Below are positions 12,101-27,100 of a DNA stretch of 64,000 nucleotides, piece after piece; position 1 is the stretch's first letter, and each line of letters begins with the position of its first letter. The notes under the pieces were generated by a model. The model had not been told where the DNA came from and ran no database searches. It saw nothing but the letters and a program-made list of their open reading frames with translations. The translations under genes were made by a program, and so were the position numbers. The DNA comes from Amphiscolops sp. MND2022. Its lineage: Eukaryota. Location of the stretch: assembly GCA_964187785.1 (NCBI GenBank), contig OZ076409.1, positions 31,188,001 through 31,252,000 on the forward strand, written 5' to 3'.

Positions 12101-15100
12101 ACGCCGGGAATTGCTTTTTCTGCGTTAACTAACCTAATTCTACCTTGTTCAACATGTTTGCAAGCGCGGCAGCGCTTCGATTGTGTTAAAACAGTTAGTG
12201 TGCAGAAAATGCGTTTTAGCGCATGTAACATTCTTTTTGCGTAAAAACGCGTTTAAACACTGGCAATCGCTTGTTTTTGCCTTAAACAACCTAATTATGC
12301 ATAGTTCAACATGTTAGCTTGCGTGGCAGCGCTTTCTTTGCGTTAAAACAATTAGTGTGCGAAAAAAAGCGTTTTTAGCACGCAATAACTCGTTTTAGAG
12401 CATTTAACGTTGTTTTCGCAGAAAAGCGCGTTTAAACGCGGAGAATCGCTTGTTTTCGCGTCAACTAACTTAGTCTTACATTGCTGAACATGTTTGTTTG
12501 AGCTGAACATGTTTGTTTGTTTTGAGCGCTTTCATTGCGTTGCGTTAGAACAGTTAGTGTGCAAAACATGCGTTTTTAGAGCACAATAACGCGTTTTAGG
12601 TCATCTAACGTTGTTTTGCGTAAAAATGAGTTTAAACGCCGGACATCGCTGGTGTTTGCGGTAACTAATAATTTTGCATAGTTCAACTTGTTTGCATGCG
12701 TGGAAGCGCTTTCTTTGCGTTAAAACAATTAGTGGACAAAAAACGCGTTTTAGCACGCATTTACGCGTTTCAGAGCATCTAACGTTGTTTTCGCGGAAAG
12801 CGCGTTTGAAAACGGGGAGTCGCGTGTTTTTGCGTTAACTTACCTAATTCTACCTTGATCAACATGTTTGTTTGCGTGGCAGCGCCTTCGCTGCGTTAAA
12901 ACAGTTAGTGTGCAAAAAACACGTTTTCAGCACGCATTAACGCGTTTTAGCGCATCTAACGTCAGTTTCGCTAAAAAACGCGTTAAAACGCAGGAAATTG
13001 CTTTTCTGTGTAAAATAATTGAATTCTGCATAGTTCAAAATGATTGCATGCGCGGCAGCGCTTTCGTTGCGTTAAAACAATTAGTGTGCAAAAATTTCAG
13101 CGCGAAGTACCGCTGGTTAACGCATCTATTGTTCTTCTCTTTGAAAAACGCGTTTAAACGAGGAGAATTGCTTGTTTTTGTGTTAAGTACCTTAATTTTG
13201 CATAGTTCAACTTCTTTGCGAGCGTGACTGCGCTTCGATTGCGTCAAAACAGTTAGTGTGCAGAAAACGCTTTTTTTAGCACGCAATAACTCGTTTTGGA
13301 GCATGTAACATTGTTTCCGCCTACAAACGCGTTTAAACACGGGGAATCGCTTGTTTTTGCGTTAGATAACCGAAATAAGCATATTTCAACATGTTTGGTT
13401 GCGTGGCAGCGCTTAAGTTGGATTGAAACAGTTAGTGTGCAAAATTCTAGTTTTAGCGTGAAATAGCGCGTTTTAGCGCATCTAACCATGTTTTCGCTGA
13501 AAAACGCAGTTAAACGCGGGAAATAGTTTTTCTGTTTTTTACCTAATTCTGGCAGCACTTTAATCTCGTTGAAACAGTTAGTGTGCAAAAAACGCGTTTT
13601 TAGCGCGAGAAACCGCTGGTTAACGCATCTAACGTTGTTTTCACTAAAAAATGCTTTTAAACGCGGGGAATTGCTTGTTTTTGCGTTAACTAACCTAATT
13701 CTACATTGTTCATCATGTTTGCATGCGCGGCAGGGCTTTCATTGCGTAAAAACCGTTAGTGTGCAAAAAACACGTTTTCAGCACGCATTAACGCGTTTTA
13801 CCGCATCTAACGTTAATTTCGCTGAAAAACGTGGTAAAACACAGGAAATTGTTTTCTGTGTAAAACAACCTAATTCTGCATAGTTTAAAATGATTGCATG
13901 CGCGGCAGCGCTTCGATTGTGTTAAAACAGTTAGTGTGCAGAAAACGCTTTTTTAGCATGCAAAAACTCGTTTTAGGACATCTAACGTTGTTTTCGCAAA
14001 GAGCGCGTTTAAACGCGGGAATCGCTTGTTTTCGCGTCAACTAATCTAATCCTACATTGCTGAACATGTTTGCTTGAGTAACAGCGCTTTCATTTTGCTG
14101 CGTTCGAACAGTTAGTGTGCAAAACATGCGTTTTTAGAGCGCAATAACGCGTTTTAGCTCATCTAACGTTGTTTTGCGGAAAAATAAGTCTAAACGCCGG
14201 ACAACGCTTGTGTTTGCGTTAACTAAGATAGTTTTGCATAGTTAATTCTGTTTGCATGCGTGGCAGCGCTTTCTTTGCGTTAAAACAATTAGTGGACAAA
14301 AAACGCGTTTTAGCACGCAACGCCGCGTTTTAGCGCATGCAACATTGTTTTTGCGTTAAAACGCGTTTAAACACGGGGAATTGCTTGTTTTTGCCCTAAA
14401 TAACCTTATTATGCATAGTTCAACATGTTTGCTTGCGTGGCAGCATTTTAATCGCGTTGAAACAGTTGGTGTGCAAACAACGTGTTTTTTGCACGCAATA
14501 ACTCGTTTTAGAGCATCTAACGTTGTTTTCGCGTAAAAGCGAGTTTGAAACCGGGGAATGGTATGTTTTTGCGTTAACGGACCTAATTTTACATTGTTCA
14601 ACATGTTTGTTTGCGTGGCATCGCCTTCATTGCGTTAAAACAGTTAGTGTGCAAAAAACGCGTTTTTGGCGCGATCTACCGCTGGTTAACGCATCAAACG
14701 TTGTTTTCCCTAAAAATGCGTTTAAACGCTGGGAATTGCTTTTTTTGCCTTAACTAACCTTATTTTACAAAGCTGAACATGTTTGCTTGAGTAGCAGCGC
14801 TTTCATTGTGTTGCGTTAGAACAGTTAGTGTGCAAAACATGCGTTTTTAGAGCGCAATACCGCGTTTTAGCTCATCTAACGTTGTTTTGCGGAAAAAGGA
14901 GTATAAACGCCGGACATCGCTTGTATTTGCGATACCTAAGATAGTTTTGCATAGTTAATTCTGGTTGCATGCGTGGCAGCGCTTTCTTTGCGCTAAAACA
15001 ATTAGAGGACAAAAAACGCGTTTTAGCACGCAACACCGCGTTTTAGCGCATGTAACATTGTTTTTGCGTTAAAACGCGTTTAAACACGGGGAATTGCTTG

Positions 15101-18100
15101 TTTTTGCCCTAAATAACCTTATTATGCATAGTTCAACATGTTTGCTTGCGTGGCAGCATTTTAATCGCGTTGAAACAGTTGGTGTGCAAACAACGCGTTT
15201 TTTGCACGCAATAACTCGTTTTAGAGCATCTAACGTTGTTTTCGCGTAAAAGCGAGTTTGAAACCGGGGAATGGTATGTTTTTGCGTTAACGGACCTAAT
15301 TCTACATTGTTCAACATGTTTGTTTGCGTGGCATCGCCTTTATTGCGTTAAAACAGTTAGTGTGCAAAAAACGCGTTTTTGGCGCGATCTACCGCTGGTT
15401 AACGCATCAAACGTTGTTTTCCCTAAAAATGCGTTTAAACGCTGGGAATTGCTTTTTTTGCCTTAACTAACCTTATCTTACAAAGCTGAACATGTTTGCT
15501 TGAGTAGCAGCGCCTTCATTGTGTTGCGTTAGAACAGTTAGTGTGCAAAACATGCGTTTTTAGAGCGCAATACCGCGTTTTAGCTCACCTAACGTTGTTT
15601 TGCGGAAAAAGGAGTATAAACGCCGGACATCGCTTGTGTTTGCGTTACCTAAGATAGTTTTGCATAGTTAATTCTGTTTGCATGCGTGGCAGCGCTTTCT
15701 TTGCGCTAAAACAATTAGAGGACAAAAAACGCGTTTTAGCACGCAACACCGCGTTTTAGCGCATGTAACATTGTTTTTGCGTTAAAACGCGTTTAAACAC
15801 GGGGAATCGCTTGTTTTCGCCCTAAATAACTTTATTATGCATAGTTCAACATGTTTGCTTGCGAGGCAGCATTTTAATCGCGTTGAAACAGTTAGTGTGC
15901 AAACAACGCGTTTTTTGCACGCAATAACTCGTTTTAGAGCATCTAACGTTGTTTTCGCGAAAAAGCGAGTTTGAAACCGGGGAATGGTATGTTTTTGCGT
16001 TAACGGACCTAAATCTACATTGTTCAACTTGTTTGTTTGCGTGGCATCGCCTTCATTGCGTTAAAACAGTTAGTGTGCAAAAAACGCGTTTTTGGCGCGA
16101 TCTACCGCTGGTTAACGCATCAAACGTTGTTTTCCCTAAAAATGCGCTTAAACGCTGGGAATTGCTTTTTTGCCTTAACTAACCTAATCTTACAAAGCTG
16201 AACATGTTTGCTTGAGTAGCAGCGCTTTCATTGTGTTGCGTTAGAACAGTTAGTGTGCAAAACATGCGTTTTTAGAGCGCAATACCGCGTTTTAGCTCAT
16301 CTAACGTTGTTTTGCGGAAAAAGGAGTATAAACGCCGGACATCGCTTGTATTTGCGATACCTAAGATAGTTTTGCATAGTTAATTCTGTTTGCATGCGTG
16401 GCAGCGCTTTCTTTGCGCTAAAACAATTAGAGGACAAAAAACGCGTTTTAGCACGCAACACCGCGTTTTAGCGCATGTAACATTGTTTTTGCGTTAAAAC
16501 GCGTTTAAACACGGGGAATTGCTTGTTTTTGCCCTAAATAACCTTATTATGCATAGTTCAACATGTTTGCTTGCGTGGCAGCATTTTAATCGCGTTGAAA
16601 CAGTTGGTGTGCAAACAACGCGTTTTTTGCACGCAATAACTCGTTTTAGAGCATCTAACGTTGTTTTCGCGTAAAAGCGAGTTTGAAACCGGGGAATGGT
16701 ATGTTTTTGCGTTAACGGACCTAATTCTACATTGTTCAACATGTTTGTTTGCGTGGCATCGCCTTTATTGCGTTAAAACAGTTAGTGTGCAAAAAACGCG
16801 TTTTTGGCGCGATCTACCGCTGGTTAACGCATCAAACGTTGTTTTCCCTAAAAATGCGTTTAAACGCTGGGAATTGCTTTTTTTGCCTTAACTAACCTTA
16901 TCTTACAAAGCTGAACATGTTTGCTTGAGTAGCAGCGCCTTCATTGTGTTGCGTTAGAACAGTTAGTGTGCAAAACATGCGTTTTTAGAGCGCAATACCG
17001 CGTTTTAGCTCACCTAACGTTGTTTTGCGGAAAAAGGAGTATAAACGCCGGACATCGCTTGTGTTTGCGTTACCTAAGATAGTTTTGCATAGTTAATTCT
17101 GTTTGCATGCGTGGCAGCGCTTTCTTTGCGCTAAAACAATTAGAGGACAAAAAACGCGTTTTAGCACGCAACACCGCGTTTTAGCGCATGTAACATTGTT
17201 TTTGCGTTAAAACGCGTTTAAACACGGGGAATCGCTTGTTTTCGCCCTAAATAACTTTATTATGCATAGTTCAACATGTTTGCTTGCGAGGCAGCATTTT
17301 AATCGCGTTGAAACAGTTAGTGTGCAAACAACGCGTTTTTTGCACGCAATAACTCGTTTTAGAGCATCTAACGTTGTTTTCGCGAAAAAGCGAGTTTGAA
17401 ACCGGGGAATGGTATGTTTTTGCGTTAACGGACCTAAATCTACATTGTTCAACTTGTTTGTTTGCGTGGCATCGCCTTCATTGCGTTAAAACAGTTAGTG
17501 TGCAAAAAACGCGTTTTTGGCGCGATCTACCGCTGGTTAACGCATCAAACGTTGTTTTCCCTAAAAATGCGCTTAAACGCTGGGAATTGCTTTTTTGCCT
17601 TAACTAACCTAATCTTACAAAGCTGAACATGTTTGCTTGAGTAGCAGCGCTTTCATTGTGTTGCGTTAGAACAGTTAGTGAGCAAAACATGCGTTTTTAG
17701 AGCGCAATACCGCGTTTTAGCTCATCTAACGTTGTTTTGCAGAAAAATGAGTATAAACGACGGACATCGCTTGTGTTTGCGTTAACTAAGATGATTTTGC
17801 ATAGTTCAACTTGATTGCATGCGTGGCAGCACTTTCTTTGCTTTAAAACAATTAGTGGACAAAAAACGCGTTTTAGGACGCAACACCGTGTTTTAGCGCA
17901 TGTAACATTGTTTTCGCGGAAAAACGCGTTTAAACACGGGGAATTGCTTGTTTTTGCCCTAAATAACCTAATTATGCATAGTTCAACATGTTTGTTTGCG
18001 TGGCAGCACTTTAATCGCGTTGAAACAGTTAGTGTGCAAAAAACGAGTTTTTAGCACGCAATAACTCGTTTTAGAGCATCTAATGTTGTTTTCGCGAAAA

Positions 18101-21100
18101 AACGCGGTTGATAGCAAGGAGTCGCTTGTTTTTGCGTTAACTAACCTATTTTCACATAGTTTAACATGTTTGTTTGCGTGACAGCGCCTTCATTGCGTTA
18201 AAACAGTTGGTGTGCAAAAAACGCATTTTCAGCGCGAAATACAGCTGGTTAACGCATCTAACGTTGTTTTTACTGAAAAATGCGTTTAAACGCGGGGAAT
18301 GGCTTGTTTTTGCGTTAACTAACCTAATTCTACATTGTAAGTGTCCAAAAAAGGCATCTAACGTTCTTTTTTTAAAAAAACGCGTTTAAACACAGAAAAT
18401 TGCTTGTTTTTGTGTTGAGTACCCCAATTTTGCATAGTTCAACTTGTTTGCATGCGTGGCAGCGCTCCGGTTATGTAAAAACAATTTGTGTGCAAAAAAC
18501 GCTTTTTTAGCACGCAATAACTTGTTTTAGAGCATCTAACGTTGTTTTCGCGGAAAAGCGCGTTTAAACGCGGGGAATTGTTTGTTTATGCCGTAACTAA
18601 CCTAATCCAACGTTTTTGAACATGTTTGCTTGAGTGCCAGCGCTTCCATTGTATTGCGTTAGAACAGTTAGTGTGCAAAACGTGCGTTTTTAGAGCGCAA
18701 TAACGCGTTTTAGAGCTTCTAACGTTGTTTTCGCGGAAAAGCGCGTTTGAAACCGGGGAGTCGCTTGTTTTTGCGTTAACTAACCTAATTCTACATGGCT
18801 CAACATGTTTGCATGCGCGACAGCGCTTTCATTGCGTTAAAACAGATGGTGTCCAAAAAAGGCATCTAACGTTCTTTTCTCTAAACAACGCGTTTAAAGG
18901 CAGAGAATTGCTTGTTTTTGTGTTGAGTACCGTAATTTTGCATAGTTCAACTTGTTTGCATGCGTGGCAGCCCTTCGGTTATGTTAAAACAGTTTGTGTG
19001 CAGAAAACGCTTTTTTAGCACGCAATAACGCGTTTTAGAGCATCTAACGTTGTTTCCGCGGAAAAGCGCGTTTGAATCCAGGGATTCGCTTGTTTTTATG
19101 TTAACTAAACTAATTCTACATGGTTCAACGTGTTTGCTTGCGTGGCAGCGCTTCCATCGCGTTAAAACAAATATTGTGCAAAAAACGCGTTTTAGCACGC
19201 AACACCGCGTTTTAGCGCATGTAACATTGTTTTTGCGTAAAAACGCGTTTAAACACGGGGAATTGCTTGTTTTTGCCATAAATGACCTAATTATGCATAA
19301 TTCAACATGTTTGCTTGCATGACAGCACTTTAATCGCGTTGAAACAGTTTGTGTGCAAAAAATTTTTTTTTGCACGCAATAACTCGTTTTAAAGCATCTA
19401 ACGTTGTTTTTGCGGAAAAGCGCGTTTGAAACCGGGGATCGCTCGTTTTTGCGTTAACTAACCTAATTCTACTTGGTTCAACATGTTTGCATGCGCGACA
19501 GCGCTTTCATTGCGTTAAAACAGTTAGTGTCCAAAAAAGGCATCTAACGTTCTTTTCTCGAAAAAACGCGTTTAAACGCGGAAAATTGCTTGTTTTGTGT
19601 TGAGTACCCTAATTTTCCATAGTTCAACTTGTTTGCATGCGTGGCAGCGCTTCGGCTTTGTTAAAACAGCTTGTCTGCAGAAAACGCTTTTTTAGCACGC
19701 AATAACTTGTTTTAGAGCATCTAACGTTGTTTTCGCGGAAAAGCGCGTTTAAACGCGGGGAATTGTTTGTTTTTGCAGTAACTAATCCAATCCAACGTTG
19801 TTGAACATGTTTGCTTGAGTGCCAGCGCTTTCATTGTATTGCGTTAGAACAGTTAGTGTGCAAAACGTGCATTTTTATAGCGCAATAACGCGTTTTAGAG
19901 CATCTAACGTTGTTTCCGCGGAAAAGCGCGTTTGAATCCAGGGATTCGCTTATTTTTACGTTACCTAAACTAATTCTACATGGTTCAACGTGTTTGCTTG
20001 CGTGGCAGCGCTTCCATCGCGTTAAAACAAATAGTGTGCAAAAAACGCGTTTTAGCACGCAACACCGCGTTTTAGCGCATGTAACATTGTTTTTGCGTAA
20101 AAACGCGTTTAAACACGGGGAATTGCTTGTTTTTGCCATAAATGACCTAATTATGCATAATTCAACATGTTTGCTTGCATGACAGCACTTTAATCGCGTT
20201 GAAACAGTTAGTGTGCAAAAAATTTTTTTAGCACGCAATAACTCGTTTTAGAGCATCTAACGTTGTTTTTGCGGAAAAGCGCGTTTGAAACCGGGGAGTC
20301 GCTCGTTTTTGCGTTAACTAACCTAATTCTACTTGGTTCAACATGTTTGCATGCGCGACAGCGCTTTCATTGCGTTAAAACAGTTAGTGTCCAAAAAAGG
20401 CATCTAACGTTCTTTTCTCTAAAAAACGCGTTTAAACGCGGAAAATTGCTTGTTTTTGTGTTGAGTACCCTAATTTTCCATAGTTCAACTTGTTTGCATG
20501 CGTGGCAGCGCTTCGGCTTTGTTAAAACAGCTTGTCTGCAGAAAACGCTTTTTTAGCACGCAATAACTTGTTTTAGAGCATCTAACGTTGTTTTCGCGGA
20601 AAAGCGCGTTTAAACGCGGGGAATTGTTTGTTTTTGCGGTAACTAATCCAATCCAACGTTGTTCAACATGTTTGCTTGAGTGCCAGCGCTTTCATTGTAT
20701 TGCGTTAGAACAGTTAGTGTGCAAAACGTGCGTTTTTAGAGCGCAATAACGCGTTTTAGAGCATCTAACGTTGTTTCCGCGGAAAAGCGCGTTTGAATCC
20801 AGGGATTCGCTTGTTTTTACGTTAACTAAACTATTTCTACATGGTTCAACGTGTTTGCTTGCGTGGCAGCGCTTCCATCGCGTTGAAACAATTAGTGTGC
20901 AAAAAACGCGTTTTAGCACGCAACACCGCGTTTTAGCGCATTTAATATTGTTTTCGCGTAAACACGGGGAATCGCTTGTTTTTGCCCCAAATGACCTAAT
21001 TATGCATAATTCAACATGTTTGCTTGTGTGGCAGCACTTTAATCGCGTTGAAACAGTTAGTGTGCAAAAAACGCGTTTTCAGCACGCATTAACGCGTTTT

Positions 21101-24100
21101 AGCGCATCTAACGTTCATCTCGCTGAAAATCGTGGTAAAACGCAGGAAATTGCTTTTCTGTGTAAAATAACCTGATTCTGCATAGTTCAACATGTTTGCT
21201 TGCGTGGCAGCACTTTAATCGCGTTGAAACAGTTAGTGTGCAAAAAACGCGTTTTCAGCACGCTTTTACGCGCTTTAGAGCATCTAACGTTGTTTTCGCG
21301 GAAATGCGCGTTTGAAACCGCCGGGGAGTCGCTTGTTTTTGCGTTAACTACTCTAATTCTACATTGTTCAACATGTTTGCTTGCGTGGCAGCACTTTAAT
21401 TGCGTTGAAACAGTTAGTGTGCAAAAAACGCGTTTTCAGCATCCATTTACGCGCTTAAAGCATCTAACGTTGTTTTCGCGGAAAAGCGCGTTCAAACGCG
21501 GGGAATTGTTTTTGCGGTAACTAACCTAATCCAACGTTGTTGAACATGTTTGCTTGAGTGCCAGCGCCTTCATTGTATTGCGTTAGAACAGTTAGTGTGC
21601 AAAACGTGCGTTTGTAGAGCGCAATAACGCGTTTTTGAGCATCTAACGTTGTTTCCGAGGAAAAGCGCGTTTAAAACCGGGGATTCGCTTGTTTTTACGT
21701 TAACTAACCTAATTCTGCATGGTTCAACGTGTTTGCTTGCGTGGCAGCGCTTCCATCGCGTTGAAACAATTAGTGTGCAAAAAACGCGTTTTAGCACGCA
21801 ACACCGCGTTTTAGCGCATTTAACATTGTTTTCGCGTAAACACGGGGAATCGCTTGTTTTTGCCCCAAATGACCTAATTATGCATAATTCAACATGTTTG
21901 CTTGTGTGGCAGCACTTTAATCGCGTTGAAACAGTTAGTGTGCAAAAAAGCGTTTTCAGCACGCATTAACGCGTTTTAGCGCATCTAACGTTCATCTCGC
22001 TGAAAAACGTGGTAAAACGCAAGAAATTGCTTTTCTGTGTGAAATAATCTGGTTCTGCAAAATTCAACATGTTTGCTTGCGTGGCAGCACTTTAATCGCG
22101 TTGAAACAGTTAGTGTACAAAAAACGCGTTTTCAGCACGCATTTAGGCGCTTTAGAGCATCTAACGTTGTTTTCGCGGAAATGCGCGTTTGAAACCGCCG
22201 GGGAGTCGCTTGTTTTTGCGTTAACTACTCTAATTCTACATTGTTCAACATGTTTGCTTGCGTGGCAGCACTTTAATTGCGTTGAAACAGTTAGTGTGCA
22301 AAAAACGCGTTTTCAGCATCCATTTACGCGCTTTAGAGCATCTAACGTTGTTTTCGCGGAAAAGCGCGTTCAAACGCGGGGAATTGTTTGTTTTTGCGGT
22401 AACTAACCTAATCCAACGTTGTTGAACATGTTTGCTTGAGTGCCAGCGCCTTCATTGTATTGCGTTAGAACAGTTAGTGTGCAAAACGTGCGTTTTTAGA
22501 GCGCAATAACGCGTTTTAGAGCATCTAACGTTGTTTCCGAGGAAAAGCGCGTTTAAAACCGGGGATTCGCTTGTTTTTACGTTAACTAACCTAATTCTAC
22601 ATGGTTCAACGTGTTTGCTTGCGTGGCAGCGCTTCCATCGCGTTGAAACAATTAGTGTGCAAAAAACGCGTTTTAGCACGCAACACCGCGTTTTAGCGCA
22701 TTTAATTTTGTTTTCGCGTAAACACGGGGAATCGCTTGTTTTTGCCCCAAATGACCTAATTATGCATAATTCAACATGTTTGCTTGTTTTTGCGTTAACT
22801 AACTATTTCAACGCGATTAAAGTGCTGTCACGCAAGCAAACATGTTGAGCTATGCATAATTAGGTTTATTAGGGCAAAAACAAGTGATTCCCCGTTTTTA
22901 AACGCGTTTTTACGCGAAAACAATGTTACCTGCGCTAAAACGCGGTGTTGCGTGCTAAAACGCGTTTTTTGCACACTGATTGTTTTACCGCGATGAAAGC
23001 GCTGCCGCGCATGCAAACTTTTTGAACTATGCAGATTTAGGTTAATTAACAGAAAAATCATTTCCTGCGATTAACTGCGTTTTTCAGTGAAAACTTGTTT
23101 TTTCATTGTTCAACATGTTTGTTTGCGTGGCAGCGCCTCCATTGCGTTGAAACAGTTAGTGTGCAAAAAACGCCTTTTTAGCGCAAAATACCGTTGGTTA
23201 ATGCATCTGACGCATCTAACGTTGTTTTCACTAAAAAACGCTTTTAATCGCGGGGAATTGCTTGTTTTTGCGATAACTAACCTAACTCTACATTGTTCAA
23301 AATGTTTGCATGCGCAGCAGCGCTTTCATTGCGTTAAAACAGTTAGTGTGCAAAAAACGCGTTTTCAGCACGCATTAACGCGTTTTAGTGCATCTAACGT
23401 TAATTTCGCTGAAAAACGTGGTAAAATGCAGGAAATTGCCTTTCTGTGTAACAACCTAATTCTGCATAGTTCAAAATGATTGCATGCGCGGCAGCGCTTT
23501 CGTTGCGCTAAAACAGTTAGTGTGCAAAAAACGCGTTTTTAGCGCGAAATACCGCTGGTTACCGCATCTAAAGTTCTTTTCTCTAAAAAACGCGTTCAAA
23601 CGCGGAGAATTGCTTGTTTTTGTGTTAAGTACTCTAATTTTCTTTAGTTCAACTTGTTTGCATGCGTGGCAGCACTTCGATTGCGTTGAAACAGTTAGTG
23701 TGCAGAAAACGCTTTTTTAGCACGCAATAACTCGTTTTAGAGCATCTTACGTTGTTTTCGAGGAAAAGCGCAATTAAACGCAAGTAATTGCTTGTTTTTG
23801 CGTTACATAACCTAATCCTACATTGGGTTGGATGGCTGCGCTTTCATTGTGTTACGTTAGAACAGACTGTGTGCAAAACATGCGTATTTAGAGCGCAATA
23901 ACACGTTTTAGCCCATCTAACGTTGTTTTGCGGAAAAATGAGTATGAACGCAGGACATCGCTTGTTTTGGCGTTAACTAAGATAACTTTGCATTGATCAG
24001 TTTGTTTGCATTCGTGGCAGCGCTTTCTTCGCGTTAAGACAATCAGTGTGCAAAAAACGCCTTTTTAAAGACGCAATGCCGCGTTTTAGCGCATGTAACA

Positions 24101-27100
24101 ATATTTTTGCTGACAAACGCAGTTAAACGCAGGAAAATACTTTTCTGTTAATTAAACTAATTCTGCATAGTTCAAAATATTTGCATGCGCGACAGCGCTT
24201 TCATCGCGTTAAAACAATTAGTGTGCAAAAAACGCGTTTTAGCATGCAACACCGCGTTTTAGCGCATGTAAGATTGTTTTCGCGTAAAAACCCGTTTAAA
24301 CACGGGGAATTGCTTGTTTTTGCCAAAAATAACCTAATTCTGCATAGTTCAAAATAATTGCATGTGTGGCAGTACTTTAATCGCGTTGAAACAGTTAGTG
24401 TGCAAAAAACACGTTTTAAGTCCGCAATAACGCGTTTTTGAGCATCTAACGTTGTTTTCGTGGAAAATCGCTTTTGAAACCGGGGAGTCGTTTGTTTTTG
24501 CGTTAACCAACCTGATTTTACATTGTTTAGCATGTTTGTTTGCGCGGCAGCGCTTTCGTTGCGTTAAATCAGTTAGTGTGCAAAAAACGCATTGTCAGCA
24601 CGCATTAACGCGTTTTAGCGCATCTAACGTTGATCTCGCTGAAAAACGTGACAAAACGCAGGAAATTGATTTCTGTGTAAAATAACCTGATTCTGCATAG
24701 TTCAAAATGATTGCATGCGCGGCAGCGCTTTCGTTGCGTTAAAACAGTTAGAGTGCAAAAATTGTGTTTTTAGCGCGAAATACCGCTGGTTATTGCATCC
24801 AACGATCTTTTCTATAAAAAGCGCATTTAAACGCGGAGAATTGCTTGTTTTTGTGTTAAGTACCCTAATTTTGCATAGTTCAACATGTTTGTTTGCGTGG
24901 CAGCGCTTTAATTGGGTTGAAACAGTTGGTGTGCAAAATTCTTTTTAGCGCGAAAGAGCGCGTTTTAGCGCATCTAACCATATTTTCGCTGAAAAACGCA
25001 GTAAATCGCAGGAAATGATTTTTCTGTTAAGTAACCTAATTCTGCATAGTTCAAAAGGCTTGCATGCGCGGCAGCGCTTTCATCGCGGTAAAACAATTAG
25101 TGTGCAAAAAACGCGTTTTAGCACGGAACACCGCGTTTTAGCGCATGTAACATTGTTTTCGCGTAAAAACGCGTTTAAAAACGGGGAATCACCTGTTTTT
25201 GCGTTAACTAACCTGATTTTACATTGTTTACCATGTTTGTTTGCGCGGCAGCGCTTTAATCGCGTTGAAACAGTTAGTGTGCAAAAAACGCGTTTTCAGC
25301 ACGCATTTACGCGCTTTAGAGCATCTAACGCTGTTTTCGCGGAAAAGCGCGTTTGAAACTGGGGAGTCGCTTGTTTTTGCGTTAACTAACCTAATTCTAC
25401 ATTCTTCAACATGTTTGTTTGCGTGGCAGCGCCTTCATTGCGTTGAAACAGTGTGCAAAAAACGCGTTTTTAGCGCGAAACATCGCTGGTTAACGCATCT
25501 AATGCATCTAACGTTGTTTTCACTAAAAAAACGTTTTCAAACGCGAGGAAATTGCATCTTTTTGCGTTAACCAACCTAATTCTACATTGTTCAACATGTT
25601 TGCATGCGCGGCAGCGCTTTCATTGCGTTAAAACAGTTAGTTTGCAAAAAACGCCTTTTCAGCACGCATTAACGCGTTTTAGCGCATCTAACGTTGATCT
25701 CGCTGAAAAACGTGGTAAAACGCAGGATATTGCTTTTCTGTGTAAAATAACCTGATTCTGCATAGTTCAACATGTTTGCTTGCGTGGCAGCACTTTAAGA
25801 TCATTGAAAAAGTTAGTGTGCAAAAAACGCGTTTTCAGCACGCATTTACGCGCTTTAGAGCATCTAACGTTGTTTTCGCGGAAAAACGCGTTTGAAACCG
25901 CCAGGGAGTCGCTTATTTTTGCGTTAACTAACCTAATTCTACATTGTTCAACATGTTTGCATGCGCGGCAGCGCTTTCGTTGCGTTAAAACCGTTAGTGT
26001 GCAAAAAACGCGTTTTCAGCACGCATTAACGCGTTTTAGCGCATCTAACGTTGATCTCGCTGGAAAACGTGGTAAAACGCAGGATATTGCTTTTCTGTGT
26101 AAAACAACCTGATTCTGCATAGTTCAACATGTTTGCTTGCGTGGCAGCACTTTAAGCGCATTGAAAAAGTTAGTGTGCAAAAAACGCGTTTTCAGCACGC
26201 ATTTACGCGCTTTAGAGCATCTAACGTTGTTTTCGCGGAAAAGCGCGTTTGAAACCGCCGGGGAGTTGCTTGTTTTTGCGTTAACTAACCTAATTCTACA
26301 TTGTTCAACATGTTTGCATGCGCGGCAGCGCTTTCGTTGCGTTAAAACCGTTAGTGTGCAAAAAACGCGTTTTCAGCACGCATTAACGCGTTTTAGCGCA
26401 TTTAACGTTAATCTCGCTGAAAAACATGATAAAACGCAGGAAATTGTTTTCCTGTGTAAAACAACTTGATTCTGCATAGTTCAAAATGATTGCATGCGCG
26501 GCAGCGCTTTCGTTGCGTTAAAACACTTAGAGTGCAAAAATTGCGTTTTTAGCGCGAAATACCGCTGGTTATTGCATCTAACGTTCTTTTCTATAAAAAA
26601 CGCATTTCAACGCGGAGAATTGCTTGTTTTTGTGTTAAGTACCCTAATTTCGCATAGTTCAACATGTTTGTTTGCGTGACAGCGCCTTAATTGGGTTGAA
26701 ACAGTTAGTGTGCAAAATTCGTTTTAGCGCGAAAGAGCGCGTTTTAGCGCATCTAACCATATTGTCGCTGAACTACGCAGTAAATCGCAGGAAATGATTT
26801 TTCTGTTAAATAACCTAATTCTGCATAGTTCAAAAGGCTTGCATGCGCGGCAGCGCTTTCATCGCGGTAAAACAATTAGTGTACAAAAAACGCGTTTTAG
26901 CACGGAACACCGCGTTTTAGCGCATGTAACATTGTTTTCGCGTGAAAACGCGTTTAAAAACGGGGAATCACCTGTTTTTGACTTAATAAACCTGATTCTG
27001 CTTAGTTCAACATATTTGCTTGCGTGGCAGCACTTTAATCGCATTGAAAAAGTAAGTGTGCAAAAAACGCGTTTTCAGCACGCATTTACGCGCTTTAGAG

